DNA of 64,000 nucleotides, from NCBI RefSeq assembly GCF_003018255.1, contig NZ_CP027440.1, one strand, 5' to 3'. Made by a program: the position numbers and the translations under genes. This document shows positions 23,991 through 37,256 of this stretch, piece by piece; the stretch's first letter is position 1; each line of letters starts with the position of its first letter. Source of the stretch: Escherichia coli. Its GTDB lineage: Bacteria > Pseudomonadota > Gammaproteobacteria > Enterobacterales > Enterobacteriaceae. The notes beneath the pieces were generated by a model. The model worked only from the letters and a program-made list of their open reading frames with translations, did not search any database and had not been told where the DNA came from.

Positions 23991-24464
23991 TTCGATAATA
24001 CTTTGCTGTACAGCTGCAGGTTGCCAGGCAAGCAGGCATTTACCTATTCCGGAGCGATAAAGCGAAAGGCTTTTTCCTTCATGGGAACGCACGCTGATAG
24101 TGGCTGATGACTCCACTTTCAAAATGTAATAAGCGCTGCCGTTATCAATAATCCCCAGGTGACATAACAGCCCAGTGGTATCCATCAGTTGCGTCAAACG
24201 CGGTCGAGCCAGTTCCCGGAGATCCATCTTGCTTAACGCATGACCGGAAAGCTCCACCAGCCTGGTCCACAAACAAAAATTTTCCTGGTGATCAAGGCTA
24301 AGAAAACGCTGACGCCTGAGTTCATTAAGCAGCAAATAGGCCGTGCTTTTAGGGATCCCCAATGTGTCAATGATCGTCGCAGCACTACAGGGGCCAATGC
24401 GGGCAATCAAATTGAGAATATCAATAGCCCGTGTCAGGGCGGGAACTTTGCTTGATTCCAACAT
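23922..24464 (-). pseudogene. rhmR: IclR-family transcriptional regulator, C-terminally truncated (180 aa versus about 260 expected)
   Basis: N-terminal IclR HTH (ALTRAIDILNLIARIGPCSAATIIDTLGIPKSTAYLLLNEL); the effector domain ends prematurely in ..WYMRFWVFRRIF*; overlaps the rhmT' ORF by about 118 nt. Confidence 0.55.
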
Positions 24465-24683
24465 ACTGGACTCCAGTCTTAGATACTGGAATCAGTCTCG
24501 TTGCTCAGGGGGAGTAAAATTGTGAAGCTCATCAAATCCCGCTCCTCGTCCAGCGGACTGGAGAAATTACGCACAAATTTGTGAATTAGCGCACGGATTT
24601 TTTCTTATTGAGTACAACAGGTTGGACAAATTTTGCCGGAGGGGGAATGTGCCGGTGCAGTAAACCGGCACAGAGTGGCGGAA

Positions 24684-25886
24684 TCAGACAGATAAGGTCA
24701 TGGACTCAACAACCTCAATCCAGCCATGCTCACTGGCGATGTCCTGGCCGTTTAACCAACGGCGCAGCATATTCAGTGCCATCATTGCGCACACTTCCTG
24801 ACGGATAGCCAGGCTGTAGCGTGTAGTGCTGAAACGCACACGCAGAGCGAAAGTGCCATCTGGCGTGGATAGCGCAAAGTTGAGATGCTCGTTCTCGAAA
24901 CCCGAAACAGCCAGTGCCAGCCCGGCAAAATGGTTGGCCCGCCGTTCTGTAATCCAGTGCGCAGTTTGCGCCAGGGTTTCTTCCTGTGAAGGAACCACTT
25001 CACACGCCAGCAATGGAGCACCTGCGCGAGAAAGTTGCAAAGCCAATAAACCGCCGGTGAATTGCTCGCTCAACGTCAGGCTGAACTGGCGGTTTTGCAA
25101 TTCGCGACTGATCTGCGCGGGCAGTCCTTCGGTGCCTTCGAAAATCACGCTCTGTCCGGCAACACGTTTAACGTCCAGCCACAGTTTTTCCATCGCCTGT
25201 TGCTCGCTTGCCGGTCCGGTGAGTTTCAGTTCGATGATAGGCATTGAGGAGCGATAACCCATTGTTACGCCCGGCGGCAGTTGTAGAGTGTCCAGGCTTT
25301 GTGCCAGATCGCTTTCCGAACGACCAAAGGTAGTTAAACGCAGACAAACCGGCGGCTGTGGTAAAGAAAAACGCTCGCGCAGGCGCGGCAGGATTTCGTG
25401 CTCGACCATCACCTTAAATTCTGACGGTACGCCGGGGGTAAAGAACATCAGGCAACGATTAAGCTGCACGGCAAAACCACAGGCGGTGCCTACCGGGTTA
25501 TTGATAAATTCAGCACTGGCAGGTAGCTCCGCTTGTTTACGGTTGCTCGGTGCCATTACTCGTCCACGTTCGTGGAAATAGCGTTCCATCTCTTTGAGCC
25601 AGGCTTCATGCAGCACCAGGCCTTCACCTTTTGCTGTCGCAGCGGCGAGTGCGCTTAAATCATCACTGGTCGGCCCCAGCCCGCCGTTAACGATCAGCAC
25701 ATCGGTGTGCTGACTCCGTTCGCGAAGAATGGTGACTAAGTCATCAAGGTTATCCCCCACCGTATTGCGGCGAGATAATGGCAACCCCTGATGAAAGAAA
25801 AAATCGGCCAGCCAGGCAGCGTTAGTGTCAACGATTTGCCCGTGTAACACTTCATCCCCGGTGGATAACATTTCCACTTTTAACAT
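24684..25886 (-). CDS. yfaY: CinA-like protein (MoCF-binding domain plus CinA C-terminal domain)
   Basis: 400-aa ORF starting MLKVEMLSTGDEVLHGQIVDTNAAWLADFF. Confidence 0.85.
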   Translation of the reverse strand: MLKVEMLSTGDEVLHGQIVDTNAAWLADFFFHQGLPLSRRNTVGDNLDDLVTILRERSQHTDVLIVNGGLGPTSDDLSALAAATAKGEGLVLHEAWLKEMERYFHERGRVMAPSNRKQAELPASAEFINNPVGTACGFAVQLNRCLMFFTPGVPSEFKVMVEHEILPRLRERFSLPQPPVCLRLTTFGRSESDLAQSLDTLQLPPGVTMGYRSSMPIIELKLTGPASEQQAMEKLWLDVKRVAGQSVIFEGTEGLPAQISRELQNRQFSLTLSEQFTGGLLALQLSRAGAPLLACEVVPSQEETLAQTAHWITERRANHFAGLALAVSGFENEHLNFALSTPDGTFALRVRFSTTRYSLAIRQEVCAMMALNMLRRWLNGQDIASEHGWIEVVESMTLSV

Positions 25887-25985
25887 GGTTATCTCCTGCT
25901 TTTGTTATCGAATCACTATAACGCAAAGGGAGACAGGGCGTAGTAACAAACTGAATGGCGCGACAGAATGCCGCGCCGGAAGGGA

Positions 25986-26528
25986 TCAGAAACTGGCGTT
26001 AACCCCCACATACGGGCCGTCAGCCACGGCGTTGTCGCGGTTACCGTCTTTACCAGAAAGGTTCAGGTAGCGATAACCCGCCTCAATACTGACTGGACGC
26101 ATAATGGTGTAACGCGCGCCAACATTCGCTTCCTCATAACTTTGAATACCGCTGGAGAGCGAATCCGGAGAGTAGTAATACTCGCCAAACAAACGGAAGC
26201 TGTTGCCAATTTTCCACTGCAAACCACCTCCTACCGCTGCGGCATAACCTTCATCGCCGTAATTCGGGTTGGTGTAAACGCCTTTTCCGCCAACGGTCGC
26301 CATTAACGGCCCGAGAGGCAGATTCAACCCCAGCCCCACGCCCGCGACGTCACCGTCGTCGTCGTTATGTGTCCAGTTACCGCTTAACGCCAGGCCCGTT
26401 GATTCAGTCCCAAAACCGACACCAATATTGGTGTATTCTTTACCCGCCTGGCCGCTGATGCTCATTGCATTGACCGATGCAGAAACCAACAGCATTCCGG
26501 CCAGACCTGCTAGCGCAATTTTTTTCAT
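25986..26528 (-). CDS. yfaZ: outer-membrane beta-barrel protein YfaZ
   Basis: ORF 25986-26603; signal-peptide start MKKIALAGLAGMLLVSASVNA at 26528; C-terminal aromatic residue (..VGVNASF). Confidence 0.8.
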   Translation of the reverse strand: MKKIALAGLAGMLLVSASVNAMSISGQAGKEYTNIGVGFGTESTGLALSGNWTHNDDDGDVAGVGLGLNLPLGPLMATVGGKGVYTNPNYGDEGYAAAVGGGLQWKIGNSFRLFGEYYYSPDSLSSGIQSYEEANVGARYTIMRPVSIEAGYRYLNLSGKDGNRDNAVADGPYVGVNASF

Positions 26529-26806
26529 TTTCCCCTCTCCCACAAGCAATAAATCAAAATTCCCAAAGCTGCGGGATTGTACTGCCTGGCACAGAGGATT
26601 CAATGAGCGAAAAAAGGGATCTAGTCACTTATTGTAACTAAATACTTCTTAAATAATTAAACGCCGAAAAAATAAACATACTTTATCGATACACACAAAA
26701 ATAATAATAAGTGCAGTTATCATCGCAAAAGAGATTACTGTCACTTTCACATATTTCTGAGTTACCGTATTCTCATGGTTTCTTTTTATTTATAAGGAAT
26801 ACCCCT

Positions 26807-27232
26807 GTGCGACAACGGACTATTGTATGCCCTTTGATTCAAAATGATGGTGCTTATTTGCTGTGTAAAATGGCCGACGATCGCGGCGTTTTCCCCGGTC
26901 AATGGGCGCTTTCGGGTGGCGGCGTAGAGCCTGGCGAACGAATTGAAGAGGCACTACGCCGCGAAATTCGCGAAGAACTGGGAGAACAGCTGCTTTTGAC
27001 AGAAATCACGCCGTGGACCTTCAGCGATGATATTCGCACCAAGACGTATGCAGATGGTCGCAAGGAAGAGATTTATATGATTTACCTGATTTTTGACTGC
27101 GTTTCTGCCAACCGAGAAGTGAAAATAAACGAAGAGTTTCAGGACTACGCGTGGGTAAAACCTGAAGATCTGGCGCACTATGATTTGAATGTCGCCACCC
27201 GAAAAACGTTACGTTTGAAAGGTCTTCTGTAA
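26807..27232 (+). CDS. nudI: Nudix nucleoside-triphosphatase NudI
   Basis: Nudix box [24 protein letters not shown]; the 141-aa product requires a GTG start at 26807 ([10 protein letters not shown]); the ORF-track 5' extension to 26711 has no support. Confidence 0.8.
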
Positions 27233-27270
27233 CAATGATGACAGCCATTACTGGCTGTCAGATTGAAAAT

Positions 27271-27873
27271 TTAGTGGTTAACGAATTCCCCATCCAGATA
27301 AACTTTGCCTTTTTCCACATGCATGACTAAACCATCCAGATAATCAGGTTTAAATGTCGCATCACGCTTATCTTTAGCAATATATGTCAGGCAATGATTA
27401 TGGGTGAAAATAACGATATTTTTATCAGGCGCTTTGCTTTGTAAGTCCTTAATTGCACTATAAATCTCATTACCGCACTGAAGAAGTCGTTTATCTACCG
27501 TCAGCTTTTTACCCGCTGAAAACCAGGTCGCCGACTGAATGGTCCGGACGGTATTACTGGAATAAAGATCGAAATCAGGGATATCAGCACTAAAAGCGTT
27601 GCCCAGTTCACGGGCATCCTGGGTACCTTTAACCGTAATACCTGTTTTATCTGACAAGCATTGGTTGGTTGAACGATCGCAACGTTCAGCATGGCGAAAC
27701 AAAACGACAACCGGATGCTGCTGTGCCAGTCTGGCCAGCGTTTTATTGTCGATACGTGGCAAACCATTGCTACTCCAGGCGGCATGAGTACCCAGTCCGG
27801 CAATTGCAGCGAGCGCCAGTAAAATGATGAAATATTTTTTTGACTTCAACGAAGAGCGGCAAAAAGCTAACAC
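27271..27873 (-). CDS. ais: Ais (aluminium-inducible, histidine-phosphatase-like) protein
   Basis: ORF 27271-27930; probable GTG start at 27873 giving 200 aa with a signal peptide; histidine phosphatase motif RHAERCD. Confidence 0.75.
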   Translation of the reverse strand: MLAFCRSSLKSKKYFIILLALAAIAGLGTHAAWSSNGLPRIDNKTLARLAQQHPVVVLFRHAERCDRSTNQCLSDKTGITVKGTQDARELGNAFSADIPDFDLYSSNTVRTIQSATWFSAGKKLTVDKRLLQCGNEIYSAIKDLQSKAPDKNIVIFTHNHCLTYIAKDKRDATFKPDYLDGLVMHVEKGKVYLDGEFVNH

Positions 27874-28065
27874 GTAAACTCCACCTATAGACAAGCGCAA
27901 CCAGACAATTACCGTGAAATTGAGCGACATTTCTGGCGATAATTAGCAGTTGGTGTAATATTAAAAATCCTGCGATGCCGGCAAAATGCCTCAAAATTTT
28001 GCCAAATGCAAAGCCTAAATAAGAAAAAATATAAAAATTTCAATATTTACGTCTAATATTAGTTT

Positions 28066-28082
28066 CTTAAGGTTAAGTTAAT
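28066..28082. promoter_or_regulatory. PmrA(BasR)-box-like direct repeat CTTAAG-GTTAA-GTTAAT upstream of arnB
   Basis: Matches the YTTAAK-N5-YTTAAK PmrA box; lies about 100 bp upstream of the arnB start in the ais/arnB divergent region. Confidence 0.45.
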
Positions 28083-28180
28083 ATTCTATCCTTAAAATTT
28101 TGCTCCAAATGGCAAAATATACACAACACTCTTTATAGCAAATATAAGTGGACAGGTATTCAATGGCGGAAGGAAAAGCA

Positions 28181-29320
28181 ATGTCAGAATTTTTGCCTTT
28201 TTCGCGACCAGCAATGGGCGTGGAGGAACTCGCTGCAGTTAAAGAGGTTCTCGAATCCGGTTGGATCACAACCGGTCCGAAGAATCAGGCGCTTGAACAA
28301 GCCTTTTGCCAGTTGACGGGAAATCAGCATGCCATCGCGGTCAGTTCAGCCACCGCCGGAATGCATATCACGCTAATGGCGTTGGAAATTGGCAAGGGCG
28401 ATGAAGTGATTACGCCTTCCCTGACCTGGGTTTCAACCCTCAATATGATTTCCTTGTTGGATGCAACGCCGGTAATGGTGGATGTCGACCACGATACGCT
28501 GATGGTCACGCCTGAAGCGATCGAGTCAGCCATTACGCCACGCACTAAAGCCATCATTCCGGTGCATTATGCCGGTGCGCCAGCAGATATTGACGCCATT
28601 CGCGCCATTGGCGAACGTTACGGCATCGCAGTTATCGAAGATGCTGCCCATGCCGTCGGTACGTATTACAAAGGCCGACATATTGGCGCAAAAGGTACCG
28701 CTATTTTTTCGTTTCACGCCATCAAAAATATTACCTGTGCGGAAGGTGGCCTGATTGTTACAGATAATGAAAACCTTGCCCGCCAGCTACGGATGCTAAA
28801 ATTTCACGGTCTGGGTGTCGATGCCTATGACAGACAAACCTGGGGCCGTGCACCGCAAGCTGAAGTCTTAACGCCGGGCTATAAGTATAATCTGACCGAT
28901 ATTAACGCCGCGATTGCCCTGACCCAGTTAGCCAAATTAGAGCACCTCAACACCCGTCGGCGCGAAATTGCTCTGCAATATCAACAAGCACTGGCAGCTC
29001 TCCCTTTTCAGCCATTAAGCCTTCCCGCCTGGCCGCACGTTCACGCCTGGCATCTGTTTATTATTCGTGTCGATGAACAACGTTGTGGTATCAGTCGCGA
29101 TGCGTTGATGGAAGCGTTAAAAGAAAGAGGCATTGGTACCGGGTTACATTTCCGCGCCGCTCACACACAAAAATATTATCGCGAGCGTTTTCCCACGCTG
29201 TCGTTACCGAATACCGAATGGAATAGCGAACGCATCTGTTCGTTGCCGCTGTTCCCGGATATGACCACCGCCGATGCCGACCGCGTCATCACAGCCCTTC
29301 AGCAACTCGCAGGACAATAA
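28181..29320 (+). CDS. arnB: UDP-4-amino-4-deoxy-L-arabinose--oxoglutarate aminotransferase (PLP)
   Basis: ORF 28148-29320; start [23 protein letters not shown] at 28181 preferred (28148 is an alternative); DegT/ArnB aminotransferase family. Confidence 0.93.
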   Translation: MSEFLPFSRPAMGVEELAAVKEVLESGWITTGPKNQALEQAFCQLTGNQHAIAVSSATAGMHITLMALEIGKGDEVITPSLTWVSTLNMISLLDATPVMVDVDHDTLMVTPEAIESAITPRTKAIIPVHYAGAPADIDAIRAIGERYGIAVIEDAAHAVGTYYKGRHIGAKGTAIFSFHAIKNITCAEGGLIVTDNENLARQLRMLKFHGLGVDAYDRQTWGRAPQAEVLTPGYKYNLTDINAAIALTQLAKLEHLNTRRREIALQYQQALAALPFQPLSLPAWPHVHAWHLFIIRVDEQRCGISRDALMEALKERGIGTGLHFRAAHTQKYYRERFPTLSLPNTEWNSERICSLPLFPDMTTADADRVITALQQLAGQ

Positions 29321-30291
<971 letters not shown>

Positions 30292-30292
<1 letters not shown>

Positions 30293-32274
30293 TGAAAACC
30301 GTCGTTTTTGCCTACCACGATATGGGATGCCTCGGTATTGAAGCCCTGCTGTCTGCCGGTTACGAAATTAGCGCCATTTTTACCCATACCGATAATCCCG
30401 GTGAAAAAGCCTTTTATGGTTCGGTGGCTCGTCTGGCGGCGGAAAGAGGCATTCCAGTTTATGCGCCGGATAACGTTAATCATCCGCTGTGGGTGGAACG
30501 TATTGCCCAACTCTCACCAGAGGTGATTTTCTCTTTTTATTATCGCCATCTTATTTGCGACGAGATTTTGCAGCTCGCTCCCGCAGGTGCATTTAATCTG
30601 CACGGTTCGCTGTTACCAAAATATCGTGGTCGCGCGCCGCTGAACTGGGTGCTGGTGAACGGTGAAACGGAAACTGGCGTTACATTGCACCGAATGGTGA
30701 AACGTGCCGATGCCGGGGCCATTGTGGCGCAACTGCGCATTGCCATTGCGCCAGACGATATCGCCATTACGCTGCATCATAAATTGTGCCATGCCGCGCG
30801 CCAGCTACTGGAACAGACATTACCCGCCATTAAACACGGTAATATTCTGGAAATCGCCCAGCGCGAAAACGAAGCCACCTGTTTTGGTCGCAGAACACCG
30901 GAAGACAGTTTCCTCGAATGGCATAAACCGGCATCCGTGCTGCACAACATGGTGCGTGCCGTTGCCGATCCGTGGCCGGGTGCCTTCAGCTATGTTGGTA
31001 ATCAGAAATTTACCGTCTGGTCGTCACGCGTGCATTCTCATGCGCCCGCAGCACAACCGGGGAGCGTGATTTCTGTTGCGCCACTGCTGATTGCCTGTGG
31101 CGATGGCGCGCTGGAAATCGTCACCGGACAGGCGGGCGACGGCATTACTATGCAGGGCTCGCAATTAGCGCAGACGCTGGGCCTGGTGCAAGGTTCACGC
31201 TTGAATAGCCAGCCTGCCTGCACCGCCCGACGCCGTACTCGGGTACTCATCCTCGGGGTGAATGGCTTTATTGGCAACCATCTGACAGAACGCCTGCTGC
31301 GCGAAGATCATTATGAAGTTTACGGTCTGGATATCGGCAGCGATGCGATAAGCCGTTTTCTGAATCATCCGCATTTTCACTTTGTCGAAGGCGATATCAG
31401 TATTCATTCCGAATGGATTGAGTATCACGTCAAAAAATGTGATGTCGTCTTGCCGCTGGTGGCGATAGCCACGCCGATTGAATATACCCGCAACCCACTG
31501 CGCGTATTTGAACTCGATTTTGAAGAGAATCTGCGCATTATCCGCTACTGCGTGAAGTACCGTAAGCGAATCATCTTCCCGTCGACTTCAGAAGTTTATG
31601 GGATGTGTAGCGATAAATACTTCGATGAGGACCATTCTAATTTAATCGTCGGCCCGGTGAATAAACCACGCTGGATTTATTCGGTGTCTAAACAATTACT
31701 TGATCGAGTGATCTGGGCCTATGGCGAAAAAGAGGGTTTACAGTTCACCCTCTTCCGCCCGTTTAACTGGATGGGGCCTCGACTGGATAACCTTAATGCG
31801 GCACGAATCGGCAGCTCCCGCGCTATTACGCAACTCATTCTCAATCTGGTAGAAGGTTCACCGATTAAGCTGATTGATGGCGGAAAACAAAAACGCTGCT
31901 TTACTGATATTCGCGATGGTATCGAGGCGTTATACCGCATCATCGAAAATGCGGGAAATCGCTGCGACGGCGAAATTATCAACATTGGCAATCCTGCGAA
32001 CGAAGCGAGCATTGAGGAACTGGGCGAGATGCTGCTGGCGAGCTTCGAAAAACATCCGCTGCGCCATCACTTCCCACCGTTTGCGGGCTTTCGTGTTGTC
32101 GAAAGTAGCAGCTACTACGGCAAAGGATATCAGGACGTAGAGCATCGTAAACCGAGCATCCGCAATGCCCGCCGCTGCCTGGACTGGGAACCCAAAATTG
32201 ATATGCAGGAAACCATCGACGAAACGCTGGATTTCTTCCTGCGCACCGTTGATCTTACGGATAAACCATCATGA
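30292..32274 (+). CDS. arnA: bifunctional UDP-glucuronate decarboxylase / UDP-Ara4N formyltransferase
   Basis: 660-aa ORF; N-terminal formyltransferase domain and C-terminal SDR domain ([10 protein letters not shown]). Confidence 0.96.
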
Positions 32275-33161
32275 CCAAAGTAGGCTTACGCATTGATGTC
32301 GATACCTTTCGTGGCACCCGTGAAGGCGTGCCGCGTCTGCTGGAAATCTTGAGTAAGCATAATATTCAGGCCAGCATTTTTTTCAGCGTCGGCCCGGACA
32401 ATATGGGCCGCCATCTCTGGCGACTGGTGAAGCCACAGTTTTTGTGGAAGATGCTGCGCTCAAACGCGGCATCGCTTTATGGCTGGGATATTTTACTGGC
32501 AGGTACGGCCTGGCCGGGTAAAGAGATTGGTCATGCCAATGCCGATATCATTCGTGAAGCGGCTAAACATCACGAAGTCGGCCTGCACGCCTGGGATCAC
32601 CATGCCTGGCAAGCCCATAGCGGTAATTGGGATCGGCAAACAATGATCGACGATATCGCACGCGGCCTTCGCACCCTGGAAGAAATTATCGGCCAACCGG
32701 TAACCTGCTCCGCAGCCGCTGGCTGGCGTGCCGACCAGCAGGTGATCGAAGCAAAAGAAGCGTTCCATTTGCGCTACAACAGCGATTGTCGTGGGGCGAT
32801 GCCGTTTCGTCCACTGCTCGAATCAGGAAACCCTGGTACTGCGCAAATTCCGGTGACCTTACCCACCTGGGATGAAGTGATTGGTCGGGATGTGAAAGCA
32901 GAAGATTTTAACGGTTGGTTACTCAATCGCATCCTGCGAGATAAAGGCACGCCGGTTTATACCATTCATGCAGAAGTTGAAGGCTGCGCTTATCAGCATA
33001 ATTTTGTGGATCTCCTTAAACGGGCAGCCCAGGAAGGCGTGACATTTTGCCCTTTAAGCGAACTGTTATCAGGGATGTTGCCGCTCGGACAAGTTGTTCG
33101 CGGAAATATTGCCGGACGTGAAGGCTGGCTGGGTTGCCAACAAATTGCGGGTAGTCGCTGA
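32271..33161 (+). CDS. arnD: 4-deoxy-4-formamido-L-arabinose-phosphoundecaprenol deformylase
   Basis: 296-aa polysaccharide-deacetylase-like ORF overlapping the arnA stop (ATGA). Confidence 0.93.
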   Translation: MTKVGLRIDVDTFRGTREGVPRLLEILSKHNIQASIFFSVGPDNMGRHLWRLVKPQFLWKMLRSNAASLYGWDILLAGTAWPGKEIGHANADIIREAAKHHEVGLHAWDHHAWQAHSGNWDRQTMIDDIARGLRTLEEIIGQPVTCSAAAGWRADQQVIEAKEAFHLRYNSDCRGAMPFRPLLESGNPGTAQIPVTLPTWDEVIGRDVKAEDFNGWLLNRILRDKGTPVYTIHAEVEGCAYQHNFVDLLKRAAQEGVTFCPLSELLSGMLPLGQVVRGNIAGREGWLGCQQIAGSR

Positions 33162-34813
33162 TGAAATCGGTACGTTACCTTATCGGCCTCTTCGCGTTTA
33201 TTGCCTGCTATTACCTGTTACCGATCAGCACGCGTCTGCTATGGCAACCCGATGAAACGCGTTATGCGGAAATCAGTCGAGAAATGCTGGCATCCGGCGA
33301 CTGGATTGTGCCCCATCTGTTAGGGCTACGTTATTTCGAAAAACCCATTGCCGGATACTGGATTAACAGCATTGGGCAATGGCTATTTGGCGCGAATAAC
33401 TTTGGTGTGCGGGCAGGCGTTATCTTTGCGACCCTGTTAACTGCCGCGCTGGTGACCTGGTTTACTCTGCGCTTATGGCGCGATAAACGTCTGGCTCTAC
33501 TCGCCGCAGTGATTTATCTCTCATTGTTTATTGTCTATGCCATTGGCACTTATGCCGTGCTCGATCCGTTTATTGCCTTCTGGCTGGTGGCGGGAATGTG
33601 CAGCTTCTGGCTGGCAATGCAGGCACAGACGTGGAAAGGCAAAAGCGCGGGATTTTTACTGCTGGGAATCACTTGCGGCATGGGGGTGATGACCAAAGGT
33701 TTTCTCGCCCTTGCCGTGCCGGTATTAAGCGTGCTTCCATGGGTTGCAACGCAAAAACGCTGGAAAGATCTCTTTATTTACGGCTGGCTGGCGGTCATCA
33801 GTTGCGTACTGACGGTTCTCCCCTGGGGACTGGCGATAGCGCAGCGGGAGCCTGACTTCTGGCACTATTTTTTCTGGGTTGAGCATATTCAACGCTTTGC
33901 AATGGATGATGCCCAACATAGAGCTCCGTTCTGGTACTACTTGCCGGTCATCATTGCCGGTAGCCTGCCGTGGCTGGGATTACTCCCCGGAGCACTGTAC
34001 GCAGGCTGGAAAAACCGCAAGCATTCCGCAACCGTCTATTTGTTGAGCTGGACGATAATGCCGCTGTTGTTTTTCTCCGTCGCCAAAGGCAAATTGCCCA
34101 CCTATATTCTTTCTTGCTTTGCTCCTCTGGCAATGCTGATGGCGCATTACGCTTTGCTGGCAGCAAAAAATAATCCTCTGGCGTTGCGGATTAATGGCTG
34201 GATTAACATCGCTTTTGGCGTCACTGGCATTATTGCCACATTTGTGGTCTCCCCCTGGGGAGCAATGAACACGCCGGTGTGGCAAACCTTCGAGAGCTAT
34301 AAAGTCTTTTGTGCCTGGTCGATTTTTTCGCTATGGGCATTTTTCGGCTGGTACACCTTAACAAACGTCGAAAAGACCTGGTCTTTTGCCGCGCTTTGCC
34401 CGCTGGGGCTGGCGTTGCTGGTAGGATTTTCAATTCCTGACAGAGTCATGGAAGGAAAACATCCGCAATTTTTTGTCGAGATGACACAAGAATCACTTCA
34501 GCCAAGCCGCTATATTCTTACTGATAGCGTCGGTGTTGCCGCAGGTCTGGCATGGAGCCTGCAACGCGATGACATCATCATGTATCGCCAGACAGGTGAG
34601 TTGAAATACGGCCTTAATTATCCGGATGCGAAAGGGAGATTTGTCAGCGGTGATGAGTTCGCAAACTGGCTTAATCAACATCGTCAGGAGGGGATTATTA
34701 CACTCGTGCTTTCGGTTGACCGCAATGAAGATATCAACAGTCTCGCCATTCCGCCCGCAGATGCCATCGATCGTCAGGAGCGTCTGGTGCTGATTCAGTA
34801 TCGTCCCAAATGA
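33161..34813 (+). CDS. arnT: undecaprenyl-phosphate-alpha-L-Ara4N:lipid A arabinosyltransferase (GT83)
   Basis: 550-aa polytopic membrane protein. Confidence 0.95.
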
Positions 34814-35145
34814 TCTGGCTAACATTAGTCTTTGCCAGCTTGCTTAGCGTTGCCGGGCAGTTGTGTCAGAAACAGGCAACCTGCTTTGTGGCGATAAACA
34901 AACGGCGCAAACATATCGTGCTGTGGCTGGGACTGGCGCTGGCTTGTCTTGGTCTTGCCATGGTGCTCTGGCTGCTGGTCTTGCAGAACGTACCGGTAGG
35001 CATTGCCTACCCGATGTTAAGTCTGAATTTTGTCTGGGTGACGCTGGCTGCAGTAAAACTGTGGCACGAACCGGTATCGCCGCGTCACTGGTGTGGGGTG
35101 GCGTTCATTATTGGTGGCATTGTGATCCTCGGGAGTACCGTGTAA
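34810..35145 (+). CDS. arnE: undecaprenyl-phosphate-Ara4N flippase subunit ArnE
   Basis: 111-aa 4-TM SMR-like protein; overlaps the arnT stop. Confidence 0.85.
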
Positions 35146-35531
35146 TGGGCCTGATGTGGGGATTATTCAGCGTCATTATCGCCTCCGCTGCGCAATTAAG
35201 CCTGGGTTTTGCGGCGAGTCATCTGCCGCCGATGACGCACTTATGGGATTTTATCGCGGCGTTGTTAGCTTTTGGCCTGGATGCCCGGATACTGTTACTC
35301 GGGCTGCTGGGTTATCTGCTTTCCGTTTTTTGTTGGTATAAAACACTACATAAACTTGCACTAAGCAAAGCCTATGCCTTGCTCAGTATGAGTTATGTGC
35401 TGGTATGGATTGCTTCAATGGTACTTCCCGGCTGGGAAGGGACTTTTTCGCTGAAAGCACTACTGGGAGTAGCCTGTATTATGAGCGGGTTGATGCTGAT
35501 TTTCCTGCCCACAACAAAACAACGTTACTGA
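35145..35531 (+). CDS. arnF: undecaprenyl-phosphate-Ara4N flippase subunit ArnF
   Basis: Internal start [22 protein letters not shown] at 35145 within ORF 34863-35531, overlapping the arnE stop; 128-aa 4-TM protein. Confidence 0.8.
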
Positions 35532-35791
35532 GTTTTCCCTGCCGCTTTACACTGCCGTTCCCACTCATCGGGGCTATAACAGCTTGCAGAAAGGACTTTC
35601 ACCGTGTGCAGCTTTTCACGATTAATACAGTAAAGCGCATTCTGCAAAGGCGAGAGTAAATCCCCCACTTTCACGGCGAAGTCACTCTTCACTTCGGCGA
35701 TCATTTTTATCGCGCCGCCAGCATCGCAGAGCATAATTACATGTCTGTTATCTTGTTTATTGCAGCACGATTTTTTGACCAGCCATTCCAT
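35525..35791 (-). CDS. pmrD: PmrD connector protein (links PhoPQ to PmrAB/BasRS)
   Basis: ORF 35525-35821; start [18 protein letters not shown] at 35791 (88 aa). Confidence 0.8.
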
Positions 35792-35900
35792 TGCATTATC
35801 CTGTTTGCTAAGAGTTTTCACATCAATTTACAGATTAACAGATAAACTCTTTATCAACGGCAATGGAATGGCAGAAATGAGAAGTGAAACGGAGGGTTAA

Positions 35901-37256
35901 TTATTGCTGGCGTTGCACCCACTCTTTTAGCGCCTGACGTGAAATTTTAATACCGCCGTTTTTCAGCTCCGGCGGCAGATTCAGCCAGCGCACCGGTTGT
36001 TGAAAACGAGCCAGCTTGTCTTTCACCCATTCGTCAAGATCAACGGTTTGCTGGTCATACTCCACCACCGCCACCGGTCGATGACCAAACTCCTTGTCGG
36101 CAACGGGGACGATAAACACCTGCAAAACCGCAGGATGTGCAGCAATTACGCGCTCGACTTCTTCCGGCTGAATACCCTCTCCGCCACTGAAGAATAGATT
36201 GTCTAAACGTCCGACAATGGTCAGCTTGCCATTATGCATCTCACCGCGATCGCGCGTAGCGTACCAGCCTTCGTCATTAACCAGTGAAACCAGTTGCCCG
36301 TTACGCCAGTAACCTTCTGCCATACTGGCAGCCCGCAGCCACACTTCATCATTAACGATTTTCACTTCCCGACCCGGCAGCGGCGAACCAACGTCTGCCA
36401 GACCGTCGGCTTCTTTCGCACACACCGTGGAGGCAAACTCGGTCAGACCATAGCCGCAAAAGCAACGAATCCCCTGCTCGCGCGCCTGTTCCGTCAACTC
36501 GACCGGGATAGCCGCGCCGCCAAGTAACACCGCTTTCAGGGAAACGGAACTGCGGTTAACCAGCAAACGCCAGAGTTGTGTTGGCACCAGTGAAGCGTGA
36601 GTACAGCCTGCCAGCATTTGCTCCAATGGCTGTTTATCACGCACCGTCATCCGCGCACCAGCGTATAACCAGCGCCACATAATTCCCTGACCGGAGACGT
36701 GAAACAGCGGTAAAGAGAGCAACCAGTCATCGTGATCGCCAAACGGAATCAACGATAACACCCCTTCGGCACTGGCAAGATGGGCCTGATAAGTATGGAC
36801 AGCGGCTTTCGGCAGCCCGGTAGAACCCGAGGTCAACGTCATTGAGCACAGACGCGTCGGCTGCCACGTAGCGGCATGTGCGCCTTCAACCCGCTGAATG
36901 TGCAGCGACGTTAATGCCGGAAACGTGTTTTCCCCATCCGGCACCAGCGCAAATTGCAGCGTAAGATTGGGGAGCAATTCCTCAAGTAACGGTTGCGGCA
37001 GCTGTGGATTCACGGGCAGCACCCGCGCCCCGCATTGCAGTAACGCCAGCCAGGCCAGCAGCGTTTGCGGCGTATTCCACGCCCGCAACATCACGCCGCT
37101 GCCCTCAACCACACCCTGCATCGCAAAGCTGGAGGCTAATTCATCGACGCGAGCACAAAGCTCGCGCCAGTTGAGTTGCTCGTCATTAAGACGTAAGGCG
37201 ATGGCTTCTCCCCGCACTTGCCGCCAGTGACGCCACGGCCAGTCAGAGAAGATCAT
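35901..37256 (-). CDS. menE: o-succinylbenzoate--CoA ligase
   Basis: 451-aa adenylate-forming enzyme (TSGSTGLPK motif). Confidence 0.93.
   Translation of the reverse strand: MIFSDWPWRHWRQVRGEAIALRLNDEQLNWRELCARVDELASSFAMQGVVEGSGVMLRAWNTPQTLLAWLALLQCGARVLPVNPQLPQPLLEELLPNLTLQFALVPDGENTFPALTSLHIQRVEGAHAATWQPTRLCSMTLTSGSTGLPKAAVHTYQAHLASAEGVLSLIPFGDHDDWLLSLPLFHVSGQGIMWRWLYAGARMTVRDKQPLEQMLAGCTHASLVPTQLWRLLVNRSSVSLKAVLLGGAAIPVELTEQAREQGIRCFCGYGLTEFASTVCAKEADGLADVGSPLPGREVKIVNDEVWLRAASMAEGYWRNGQLVSLVNDEGWYATRDRGEMHNGKLTIVGRLDNLFFSGGEGIQPEEVERVIAAHPAVLQVFIVPVADKEFGHRPVAVVEYDQQTVDLDEWVKDKLARFQQPVRWLNLPPELKNGGIKISRQALKEWVQRQQ

Noticed and set aside
22903-24039. Reading the 378-aa ORF as an intact rhmT
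   Set aside because: Its first ~15 codons are translated from rhmR-derived sequence in another frame and the MFS N-terminal TM1 is missing, so I treat it as a truncated pseudogene.
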